From: a virus
Lineage: Duplodnaviria > Caudoviricetes
IMG/VR virus record: IMGVR_UViG_3300025846_000001
Location: 1 to 52,218 of that record
DNA length: 52,218 nucleotides
Strand: one strand, 5' to 3'
How positions within the stretch are numbered: the first letter of the stretch is position 1; every line of letters starts with the position of its first letter. A program made the position numbers and the translations under genes. The notes under the pieces are model-generated. The model saw nothing but the letters and a program-made list of their open reading frames with translations, did no database searches and was not told the origin of the DNA. Below are positions 7,782 through 16,501 of the stretch, piece after piece.

Positions 7782-8126
7782 TTATCTTCCAACTGAAAAG
7801 GTACCCAAAGTTCCAGTTTTGTAAACTTTAAGTAATAACGCAGGATACCATTGCCCCAGATATGCAGTAGCCTGTGCCTGTGTTATAGTAAAATCATTAC
7901 CGTCCGCAAGTTTAACTTCAATAGGTGCATCTGTTTCAATATTTATAATAAATGTACCTCCTGCACCTAAATTAGCAGGGATAAAATCACCTGCAAGGCC
8001 ACTCATGGTAACTACCCCTACCGCAGGATCAGTACCAGTAACAAAGAAAGGCACTGCGCTCCCGCCCGCCCCTATAAGACTCAGTGGTGTCGGGACAAGA
8101 TCACCACATCCATATTCGTAAGCCAT
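7782..8126 (-). CDS. Small structural protein (probable virion component)
   Basis: 114 aa, Gly/Thr-rich and beta-rich; in the tail operon. Confidence 0.6.
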   Translation of the reverse strand: MAYEYGCGDLVPTPLSLIGAGGSAVPFFVTGTDPAVGVVTMSGLAGDFIPANLGAGGTFIINIETDAPIEVKLADGNDFTITQAQATAYLGQWYPALLLKVYKTGTLGTFSVGR

Positions 8127-8410
8127 TATAATACTGCAACATTTTCAGCATCAGCAACAACGCAAACTCTTAACTTAAGAGCCAGATTACCGCATGAATC
8201 AACTCCAAAAGCGTTAGCTACAACAAAATTTTCAGGATCAACAAAATCAGCACACTTTACACCTGGTGTCATTGTCGAACATTCCTCGTCATAACATATA
8301 ACATTAAGGAACTTATCCCCGCTTGATCCCGTCACAATGCAACTTGCCAAAGCCTCCATAAACGTTGCTGGCATTATCGCACAATCCAAACTACCTCTTT
8401 CTGCTACCAT
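8126..8410 (-). CDS. Cys-rich small structural protein
   Basis: 7 Cys in 94 aa; tail operon. Confidence 0.6.
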   Translation of the reverse strand: MVAERGSLDCAIMPATFMEALASCIVTGSSGDKFLNVICYDEECSTMTPGVKCADFVDPENFVVANAFGVDSCGNLALKLRVCVVADAENVAVL

Positions 8411-8444
8411 TTTATTTATTTTTAATTGTTAAACATTTTTAAGC

Positions 8445-9005
8445 CTATAAAGGCATTGGTGTTAAAGTTCTCAAAGGATGATTCTTTGATTTCCATTTGA
8501 TAGAAAGCATGAATTTTGCAACTTCTTCACGTCCTTTAGGAATAGGCGCATCCATGTTAAAGATTGCCTCAATACCGTCTTTTCCTCCGTAAAGCATCCC
8601 ATCGCTGGTCTGGTACCAAAACTTGAATTTCAAATTACACTCGGTGCTGAGTAAAAATTCATAGTTGGTATCATTTGTTTCGTCCACTTCAAAAAGAAGA
8701 TTAAATCCTTTTGGTGAATAGATAGTCCTGCCGCCACTTATGAGTATCTCAGTCTTTTCAGATTGTGTCAACTCACCTATCCCGATCATTGTACGAATCT
8801 TATCGATAGTCGTTTCTGTATCAGACAGTCTGGTTGTCCATTCCGCTAAAAGATCAGGATTTGTAAAACTGGCAGCATCAGCCCTTGCAATAAAGAGTTT
8901 TGATATTTCCCCATAATGAATTTCTGGGGCACATTCATTAAAACTCACCGCTTCTAAAGACCCCGCGCAGTCAATTGGACAGACGGGCAACAATAATACG
9001 CTCAT
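8445..9005 (-). CDS. Putative major tail tube protein
   Basis: 186 aa; strand pattern and size typical of siphovirus tube proteins; has its own promoter; no other tube candidate found. Confidence 0.55.
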   Translation of the reverse strand: MSVLLLPVCPIDCAGSLEAVSFNECAPEIHYGEISKLFIARADAASFTNPDLLAEWTTRLSDTETTIDKIRTMIGIGELTQSEKTEILISGGRTIYSPKGFNLLFEVDETNDTNYEFLLSTECNLKFKFWYQTSDGMLYGGKDGIEAIFNMDAPIPKGREEVAKFMLSIKWKSKNHPLRTLTPMPL

Positions 9006-9031
9006 TTTCTTTTCATTTTTAATTTATACTA

Positions 9032-9080
9032 CAAATTTATAAATACTCAATTCCCTATTAAGAAACATTAAGTTATATTA
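9032..9080 (-). promoter_or_regulatory. Putative late promoter: 25-bp box, 16-bp spacer, TAAATTTG
   Basis: Box 9056-9080 is identical to 20360-20384, with the same spacing to a TAnnTTTG element. Confidence 0.7.
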
Positions 9081-10605
9081 TATTCGAACAGCATCCAGCC
9101 AAAACAACTATCTCATCATAATCAAAAGTCAGATCCAGTTTAGCATAATATTTATCATCAAAAAGCCAATCATGTTCTACCTCAAGATTATAAACAGTAT
9201 TTGTATCGCCAACTAAATCAGTTAAAGCGATAGTATCATGTAGTCTTAATCTGTGGAATACATCAACCATATAATCGGGCATATTCTTTGTCCGGACAAG
9301 GTATTTCTTTGTCTGACGGGCAAAAGTCCTTACAAACCGTCCTTCCCCATTTTTCTGTCCTTCTTCTTCCAAAGGAAACGATGGCTCCATAGTTTCGGAT
9401 TCAAACCAAAGAGTTTGAGTGAATCCATCATGGTAAAGAATATCGCCTAAATCACAATTATTATGGAAATTAAGGATAAGATACTTGTCTGAATAAGATC
9501 TGAATACAAAAATCTCTGACACTGAAAAATTTAATGCGGCGGTATTAGTGAACCTAAATACAGCCATTTCGGTTGATGTTACGGTAAACGTAATTACATT
9601 TAACCCGGCAGTTGTTACAACCTGATTAGAAATTACTGCACCCCCTGATTTAGCTATATCAACTATTGGGAGTTCCCCTGAAATTTTAGTAAGATAGAAC
9701 AGAACTTCAATTATATCTCCTTTTGCGACCTGAAATTCATTACTATAATTAACTGCATTGCCGGCGTTATTAATTGCGGAGGTTATTGCCAGTCCTGATA
9801 CGTTTAAAGTATCATAATCATCACCGACATTAGGATTAGTTATCAGATTCTCGTAAATACAATCCACTTTAAACCATTCGGAATAATAAATAAATCCATT
9901 GTCCATTGTTATTTTCAAATAATACTCTCCGACTGGAAGCGAGTAATTAAGCGTATCACCTTTGTATTGAAAATAAACATCACTGGTTATAGCATGAGAA
10001 GCTGGAAGCGCAGAGAAATAACTATTAATATTTGCATAACCAATCTCTACGTTTGTAAATGAAAAATTACAATTTCCTCCTGCTGCTCTAATACTAAAAA
10101 ATATTGTAAGAGCCCCAGTAGAAGTATATGTTATAGTATTTAATCCGGCTGTTAAAGCTACTGTATTAACTACTGCATTATTATAATAAACATCGATAGA
10201 GGGCGCAGCGCCGGAATTTAATGTCAAAAATCCCTTAAAAGTGATTACCGTACCGATAGGACTATGAATATGCGCTTCTGCTCCATTACGCACTCCGGCA
10301 GAATCATTACCCCCATCTGAATTTACTGCACTTATAATATTAAGACCTGATGATGTAAAGGAATCAAATGAACCATTTACCCAGCTATCAAAAAGATTTC
10401 TGTAATAAGTATCCCCGTCTTTATTGATCATCTCTATATTAGATACCGTTGCGGCTCCGTCCGTTCCGTCCTTCCATTGAAAAGAAGGTAATCGGTGCCT
10501 CGGAGTTAAAGTAGGAATTATCCCATTTCCAGAATGTTTTGATCTCTCATAACATTGCTTTTCGATCTTATCGTAAATCGGGAGTGTAGTGATTATTGTT
10601 TTCAT
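9073..10605 (-). CDS. Minor tail protein (start re-called at MKTIITT)
   Basis: ATG at 10605 directly follows the upstream stop; two internal repeats (SGL.I.SA.N..GN); downstream of the tape measure. Confidence 0.7.
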   Translation of the reverse strand: MKTIITTLPIYDKIEKQCYERSKHSGNGIIPTLTPRHRLPSFQWKDGTDGAATVSNIEMINKDGDTYYRNLFDSWVNGSFDSFTSSGLNIISAVNSDGGNDSAGVRNGAEAHIHSPIGTVITFKGFLTLNSGAAPSIDVYYNNAVVNTVALTAGLNTITYTSTGALTIFFSIRAAGGNCNFSFTNVEIGYANINSYFSALPASHAITSDVYFQYKGDTLNYSLPVGEYYLKITMDNGFIYYSEWFKVDCIYENLITNPNVGDDYDTLNVSGLAITSAINNAGNAVNYSNEFQVAKGDIIEVLFYLTKISGELPIVDIAKSGGAVISNQVVTTAGLNVITFTVTSTEMAVFRFTNTAALNFSVSEIFVFRSYSDKYLILNFHNNCDLGDILYHDGFTQTLWFESETMEPSFPLEEEGQKNGEGRFVRTFARQTKKYLVRTKNMPDYMVDVFHRLRLHDTIALTDLVGDTNTVYNLEVEHDWLFDDKYYAKLDLTFDYDEIVVLAGCCSNII

Positions 10606-10606
10606 A

Positions 10607-12379
10607 TTATGGGCATAAACTATTAACAGCAACAGCAGGATCCATATCGTAAACAGGCAACGTCCATCCTGCGGGGAGTGCCGATGTATCAATGATTAAT
10701 CCCATGGACCACATTGCATCAAACGAATGACAAAGGTCTGCAAAAGTAAATGTACCGGTAATCTCTCCGGTGGGAATAGTCCAAGTCTCAGCAACGCCGG
10801 TACAATTCAAGGTGCAAGTTTCATCATATAAAAGTTCCTGCATACCTAATACTAAATCTGCATCGGCAGGTTCTGATAGAACTGCATGAAATGTATTTAC
10901 TCCATCCTGCCATACATAGATTATCTTTGGATCCGGAACAGGCGTAATTGCGGTATCTGGCGGACCATAAAGAAGTGCAAACTTCATCTCTCCTGAGGGG
11001 TTTAACTGAGAACTTTGCACTCTTGCCTGTGTTCCGTGAAAATAATTTATTCCTAATTCCGTTGTGATCTCATCCGAAGGATCATAATCATCCGCAGGAC
11101 AAACAATAGCGAAACAATCTTGCTTTATATTTTTTTGCACTGTATAAAATGTAACATCAGATCCATTTAATTTACCTTCTTTTAATACCCTGTTATGCCG
11201 GAAGTATTTATCATGAAGATTTGCAACTGATAGATGCATGTTTAATTTAGTATCCGCTGAAAGTATTCCAAGTGCAGATTCAACATGATATTCCCAACCC
11301 GCAAATCCCCAGACCTGATAATTACAAAGTATCACAAATCCATCATCACTTATTGCATCCGGATTGTTTACTATATATTCTAAGTCAGTCGTTACCTCAA
11401 TAGGTACATCATTTGTATTACTTTCCGAGTCCTGGTTTACGCATTTCGAATCATACCAAATAGGCACTCCGACAAAATTAACATTATCGGCTTCCATAAA
11501 AGTAATACTCTCATATTTAGGCATCTGCTCTTTTATGTAAGAGAATTTATTAGCCGCTTTAGATATTAATTGCGTTGTCAGATCAAGACCGTCATTATGA
11601 GTGAATGTGCTTATATGTTCTACATTTATCGTATTCGTTGCAGAATTATAGTTCCATTTTACCTGAAACATACCCCAAAGAATATCCATTAACTCATTCC
11701 AGCTCATCATGGCTGTTGTAGATGGAGTGTAAGAAAGTGGTCGTATTATATCAGATTTTTGTGCAATAGTAAGGTAAAGAAGATGGTTAACAACTCCGGT
11801 TGCAGGATTATTCGCAGCGGTGAAAAATGTAGTTGTTACATTCACCCCTGGTTTTATCTTGTCTGCAAGAAAATCAATAACACCAGTAAGCCATCGATTA
11901 CGCGTATATGTTTTACTTATCGATCCTCTCGTTGCAATGGCTTTTATTACCGGGGTAACAGCTAATATATTATATTGAGTCTCTGCATTGTCAAGAAGTG
12001 AATCATAGTCATCATCCATGGACGGAGTAACTTCAAAAGTGCATTTTGTCATATCAAATTCCCCGTCTGCTGTGGCAAAATACCCATTCCAATAAGCCAC
12101 TCCGTCTCGTTCTATCTCATAAATTATCTTAGTGCATAAATCAGTTCCTTCAATAAGAGACAATAGGTCGAAATCATCATCGCCATTAGTATTAACAAAG
12201 GTTAGTTTTCCGCTAAATTTTGTTCTGTAAAATACATTGTCTTTTTCCAGTTCATCACTAAGCGAAGATGATAAGAAGTTCAAAGGGAATACCTCGGTAC
12301 GTGTTGAACCAATAGTCAAATAATGCCTATAAGTAGCCAGATTACCTAATCCCGGATTTGCTATTGTAAATATGCTCAT
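10607..12379 (-). CDS. Minor tail / tail-tip hub protein
   Basis: 590 aa, directly after the tape measure; acidic and beta-rich. Confidence 0.65.
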   Translation of the reverse strand: MSIFTIANPGLGNLATYRHYLTIGSTRTEVFPLNFLSSSLSDELEKDNVFYRTKFSGKLTFVNTNGDDDFDLLSLIEGTDLCTKIIYEIERDGVAYWNGYFATADGEFDMTKCTFEVTPSMDDDYDSLLDNAETQYNILAVTPVIKAIATRGSISKTYTRNRWLTGVIDFLADKIKPGVNVTTTFFTAANNPATGVVNHLLYLTIAQKSDIIRPLSYTPSTTAMMSWNELMDILWGMFQVKWNYNSATNTINVEHISTFTHNDGLDLTTQLISKAANKFSYIKEQMPKYESITFMEADNVNFVGVPIWYDSKCVNQDSESNTNDVPIEVTTDLEYIVNNPDAISDDGFVILCNYQVWGFAGWEYHVESALGILSADTKLNMHLSVANLHDKYFRHNRVLKEGKLNGSDVTFYTVQKNIKQDCFAIVCPADDYDPSDEITTELGINYFHGTQARVQSSQLNPSGEMKFALLYGPPDTAITPVPDPKIIYVWQDGVNTFHAVLSEPADADLVLGMQELLYDETCTLNCTGVAETWTIPTGEITGTFTFADLCHSFDAMWSMGLIIDTSALPAGWTLPVYDMDPAVAVNSLCP

Positions 12380-14520
12380 CTTCTTATTGTTCTTACTGAG
12401 TTACCTTTTTTGATTATAGTTAAGTTACCCATTATCATTATCTCTTCTTTATTATTCATTTTCTTTTGTTCTGCAATTACTTGATCCAATCTTTGATTTG
12501 GCCCGGTATTCTCAACCAATATGTTATTTGTTGATCCTGCCAGTTCAGGAGTTAATCTATTGAATGAATTTAATATCATTCGTTTGTCATCTCTGTTAAT
12601 AGCCTCTAAAACGCTTCTAAACTTATTTGCAGGCCCTTTACGAACAACAAACTCTCTTTCGTGAACTATTCCTGCCATGCGTTCACCAGAACTGTCACGC
12701 TGTTTGCCTTCGCCCGTCCAGCCACCCTTGGCGTATTGAGGAATAGGTTTTGCGGCTATTAATGCAGCCTGAATAAGTCCATTAGCAATGATCCAAGGTA
12801 TTAAAGGAATAGTAATTACTTTACTTGCAGCACTTGCCACTCCCTTTGCGGTATCAATACCTACACTAAATAGCCCCGCTATTTTTTCAGCTATCGATGC
12901 TTTGCGTGCGAGTGCGTTTTTCTTTGCAGCATATTTTTCATCAATTATTTCTTTTTGTCTGGCATTATCACCCGCCGCCTTAATTTCTTTGTTATATTGT
13001 TTGTCAAGATTTGAAAACTGCCTATTAAATAATTCAGCACCCAGCCCTGTGGCATTTGCCATTAAATCACGCTTAGCATTATATAAATCTTCTTCTCTCT
13101 TTTTTTCTTTATCAAAATATTCATTCGTATAACGCTCCGCCCGTTCTTTGTCACTCAAAACTTCCTGTTGTCTTTTTTGCTCTTTTGTAAAATATTCTTC
13201 AGTATATCTTTCCATTAAAGCTTTCATATCTAAATCTTCTTTTTGTCTTTTTTGCTCTTTTGTAAAATATTCTTCAGTATATCTTTCCATTAAAGCTTTC
13301 AATTTTAAATCTTCCTGTTGTTTTTTTTGTTCTTCTTTTGTTAGATTTGCCTGATCAGAACTTAATTTAGTTTGTATTCTTATTGTATTCTGCAACACCT
13401 CTCCTTTTGATTGTATAAGGTCAACTGATTTTCCTACCAATACATTATATTTTTCCTCTGTTGGGATTACCATATTATTAGCTATCTCTCCCCATTTCTT
13501 CTGTTCATCAGTTGTGCTTTTAACAGATTCATTTAATTTATCATATTCTGCAAATTGCTCCTTAGTGATAGCAATAATTCCCATTCCAGAAGATGTAATT
13601 GTTTTTTCTGCAGCATCACGTTTACTTATTAATTGATTATATTCTTTCCCTATTTCAATACCCTTTAAAAATTCTGCATCCCGTTCTACATAAAGTGTGA
13701 TTTGATTTCTCATTTCATCATTTATATCCTTTGTCTTAAATGCCGCTTTGGTAATATTATCAAGTTCATTATCATAAGCTAATTGTGCAATTCCTGTTCT
13801 TATTTTAGCTAAATCTTCTTCTATTTTAATGGCTTCTTTGCCTGCTGCAATTTGCTGAGCCTTTGTACTTAATGCACTTTGTTGTATTTTCCTTTGTTCT
13901 AAAAGTGCATTTGCCGCGTTAGCTTCAGCTATTTTTAAAGCTCTGGTCTTACTGTCAATAAGATCCAATGCTTCTGCATATCTTCTTCCTTCTTGTATTG
14001 CCTCGTTAACTTTTCTATTAAAATCCTTGAAATCCAATGTAGCCACTGCCACTTTTATGGCATCGAACCCAGCCTTAACTCCTGCAATAACAACATTAAG
14101 CTGATTTGCTGTTTTGCCTGTTGATTCAAATGCAGATTTTAAAAGTCCCAAAACAGCAGTAAATCCCGCAACAATACCACCCCATTTAAATATTGAACCG
14201 GAAAGCGAATCCCCAGATTTTTCAACATTTTCAATTACACCACCACCGCCACCAGAAGAAGGTGCTAAGTCGGATAATTTCTTTTTTAAATCATCCATTT
14301 TTTTATTATAGGTATCTATTTGCCCAGTTGAACTAAATCCCTTTTTCTGCTCATTAAATAAATCCCTCATTGACTTAGTAATGCTTTCAGTGGTCGCCTT
14401 TTGTTTCTCGTTACCTTGCACAACAGTATCATTCAACTTTTTTGCTGCACTTTCAACTTCCTTAATTCCCTTAACAGCATCCTTGTTATTTGCCACTAAT
14501 CGAAGTTCCACATCTTCCAT
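12376..14520 (-). CDS. Tail tape measure protein
   Basis: 714-aa helical Ala/Lys/Glu-rich protein; C-terminal YAKGGWTG...AGIVH..EFVV motif; follows the chaperone pair. Confidence 0.88.
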   Translation of the reverse strand: MEDVELRLVANNKDAVKGIKEVESAAKKLNDTVVQGNEKQKATTESITKSMRDLFNEQKKGFSSTGQIDTYNKKMDDLKKKLSDLAPSSGGGGGVIENVEKSGDSLSGSIFKWGGIVAGFTAVLGLLKSAFESTGKTANQLNVVIAGVKAGFDAIKVAVATLDFKDFNRKVNEAIQEGRRYAEALDLIDSKTRALKIAEANAANALLEQRKIQQSALSTKAQQIAAGKEAIKIEEDLAKIRTGIAQLAYDNELDNITKAAFKTKDINDEMRNQITLYVERDAEFLKGIEIGKEYNQLISKRDAAEKTITSSGMGIIAITKEQFAEYDKLNESVKSTTDEQKKWGEIANNMVIPTEEKYNVLVGKSVDLIQSKGEVLQNTIRIQTKLSSDQANLTKEEQKKQQEDLKLKALMERYTEEYFTKEQKRQKEDLDMKALMERYTEEYFTKEQKRQQEVLSDKERAERYTNEYFDKEKKREEDLYNAKRDLMANATGLGAELFNRQFSNLDKQYNKEIKAAGDNARQKEIIDEKYAAKKNALARKASIAEKIAGLFSVGIDTAKGVASAASKVITIPLIPWIIANGLIQAALIAAKPIPQYAKGGWTGEGKQRDSSGERMAGIVHEREFVVRKGPANKFRSVLEAINRDDKRMILNSFNRLTPELAGSTNNILVENTGPNQRLDQVIAEQKKMNNKEEIMIMGNLTIIKKGNSVRTIRR
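13100..13325. repeat. 75-bp (25-aa) tandem repeat x3 within the tape measure
   Basis: 13168-13226 is identical to 13243-13301; a third degenerate ERYTNEYFDKE unit follows. Confidence 0.9.
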
Positions 14521-14521
14521 A

Positions 14522-14722
14522 CTATTTCCCTTTCATATAATTATCAACAAAACCAAAAAAATCGAATATGTCAAACTTAACTACCTCTCTCATTTGTCCC
14601 GGGTCTTTATTACAAATTGAATAAACCAAATCTTTCCAATATTTATCGAGTTCCTTAATATCATCTGATATTGATTTTAACTTTGGTTCTGATTTTCGTC
14701 CTTCTTTATTGAACCATTTGGG
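14522..14722 (-). CDS. Tail assembly chaperone -1 frameshift extension (gpGT-like)
   Basis: -1 frame relative to 14677-15162, entered at slippery C CCA AAT (14716-14722); ends 1 nt before the tape measure ATG. Confidence 0.7.
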   Translation of the reverse strand, partial: PKWFNKEGRKSEPKLKSISDDIKELDKYWKDLVYSICNKDPGQMREVVKFDIFDFFGFVDNYMKGK

Positions 14723-15162
14723 ATAGTCAGTAAGTAGGCGGGCATCCAACTTGGTACAAGACTGGTTGCCAAATAAAAGAAAGGGGATATTTCTAACTCC
14801 CTCCCCCAACTATCTATTTTTGATTTCATCATAGCCGCATTATAAACAGTAGGATCTTCATTCTCTTCATCAATAAATAAAGCGCAAAGTCTTAATGCAG
14901 GATCGTCCTTTTCTTCCAAGTTCTTTATTCCTTCCTGAATCTTATAAAGTACAATAGACATATTAAAATAATCATGCTTATTGTAAGAGTCAACCGCTGT
15001 TTTAAGGTTGTTAAATATGTCCTCAAAGGTTGCTGAAAATCCAAATTCAAGAGTTATCTTTTGCAGTTCCCGATAACGATTAAATGAAAGAGATTCTTTA
15101 ACAAAGAACTTCTTTCCGTCACATTCAAAATACTTCTCTTTTTCAAAATCAATCTTTTTCAT
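14677..15162 (-). CDS. Tail assembly chaperone (gpG-like)
   Basis: Lies just before the tape measure, with an overlapping -1 ORF and an XXXYYYZ heptamer. Confidence 0.7.
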   Translation of the reverse strand: MKKIDFEKEKYFECDGKKFFVKESLSFNRYRELQKITLEFGFSATFEDIFNNLKTAVDSYNKHDYFNMSIVLYKIQEGIKNLEEKDDPALRLCALFIDEENEDPTVYNAAMMKSKIDSWGRELEISPFFYLATSLVPSWMPAYLLTIPNGSIKKDENQNQS

Positions 15163-15427
15163 ATAAATATTGGTAAATGGTGGCTAATAAAATCCCGGCA
15201 GCCGGGTAAAATAATTGATCAATCAAGTGATAATTCTGTAAATGAGTAATCCAGTAGTAATGAAAAAGAACTTGCCCACTCATACACCGTAAACAGCCAC
15301 CGATAGGTTTATTCAACCATGTGGGCAAATTCTCTATCCACCTGAAATAAAAGTTAAATATCTGACCCGATTCTCCTAATGTCCAGAATATAAATACAAT
15401 GATTGATAATTTTAAAATCTCTAACAT
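15149..15427 (-). CDS. Small membrane protein with CxxC (DUF1360-like)
   Basis: Hydrophobic segments flank KPIGGCLRCMSGQV. Confidence 0.6.
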   Translation of the reverse strand: MLEILKLSIIVFIFWTLGESGQIFNFYFRWIENLPTWLNKPIGGCLRCMSGQVLFHYYWITHLQNYHLIDQLFYPAAGILLATIYQYLYEKD

Positions 15428-15993
15428 GGTATTACAAAATGAATTTCTAAATCCAAAGCAAAAAATGAATATGGATGAAGTAAATATTGAGTCGCATTTT
15501 CATTATAAGTATATTTTGAGAATATATCAACAGATCGCTCCGCTTCGGAAATACCCGAAACGAATATGCTTACAAAGTCCGCTGTCTGAATCGGGGTTGT
15601 CGGTAATACCTGAATGACATCTATCACATAATCACCCGCTGTTCCGCAACCTTCAGGATCGCAGTCATTATTTATCAGTTTGAGATTCAACCAGCCGACC
15701 AACCGAAGTGAGGATGTAAACTTTAACCTGGATCCTATACGTTCTACAAACGAAACCCCTTTGTCTTCGAAATAAAGTACGCTCTTCTTTTTTGAATCAG
15801 GTGTTAAGGCCTGATATTCGCCTTTGATACAATCTTCCGCAGTAACATCACAGGAGACCGGGTAACTTTTTTCAACTGCTGAATCATCTTTCTTAACTCT
15901 TATATTAGCAGTCTGAACAAGACCGGCAACTTTATCCGACCATGGAAGAGTTTCTAAGTATGTTTTAAAAAGTCCGGCAATTTTATTATTCAT
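15421..15993 (-). CDS. Putative tail terminator / completion protein
   Basis: Position between neck and chaperone genes; 190 aa; 5 Cys. Confidence 0.5.
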   Translation of the reverse strand: MNNKIAGLFKTYLETLPWSDKVAGLVQTANIRVKKDDSAVEKSYPVSCDVTAEDCIKGEYQALTPDSKKKSVLYFEDKGVSFVERIGSRLKFTSSLRLVGWLNLKLINNDCDPEGCGTAGDYVIDVIQVLPTTPIQTADFVSIFVSGISEAERSVDIFSKYTYNENATQYLLHPYSFFALDLEIHFVIPC

Positions 15994-16454
15994 AATAATT
16001 GATTTTTGCGAAACATATTAAGTATGCCTTGTTCGTATGATTTCACTAAAGACTGTTTTTCCTTTTCATTTAATGCGAGTATATCGCCTTTCTTTTCCGT
16101 GTTCCAGTTTAATTTATTCTGTTCAAAGCTTGTAGTTGCTTTTATTACTGCAATACCTTTATCAAGTTCGTCTTTTGGTGAAATGAGTTTAATCCTCGAC
16201 CACATATCATTTGTAAAAGAAAAATCAACAAAGCCCCTGTACTTACCTTCTTTTTTCTTATATGTTAAATAACCTTTAGAATATTCCGGATACTTTGCTC
16301 CTTCAGGATTTAATCCTTTCTCTTGTACCCTCTGTTTGATTAACACAATAGCATTACTCGCAACCTGAACCATAACCTGCCCATGTGCGCCCTCCTGAAG
16401 GTCTCTAATCACTCCATTGAGTCTTTTGCTATAATCTAAAAGTGTTATACTCAT
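15990..16454 (-). CDS. Virion morphogenesis / neck protein (tail-completion type)
   Basis: Basic 154 aa; G...G..Y..YS..Y...K...G.....VD..FT..M pattern. Confidence 0.6.
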   Translation of the reverse strand: MSITLLDYSKRLNGVIRDLQEGAHGQVMVQVASNAIVLIKQRVQEKGLNPEGAKYPEYSKGYLTYKKKEGKYRGFVDFSFTNDMWSRIKLISPKDELDKGIAVIKATTSFEQNKLNWNTEKKGDILALNEKEKQSLVKSYEQGILNMFRKNQLL

Positions 16455-16501
16455 TTTATTATTTTACTCATGCTTTTTATTCTCGTTTCGTCTGATAGCA
16501 A

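Noticed and set aside
7120-7790. Group I intron around the GIY-YIG gene
   Set aside because: Only ~12 nt upstream and ~50 nt downstream are non-coding, too little for a catalytic core, and the flanking gene is complete without splicing.
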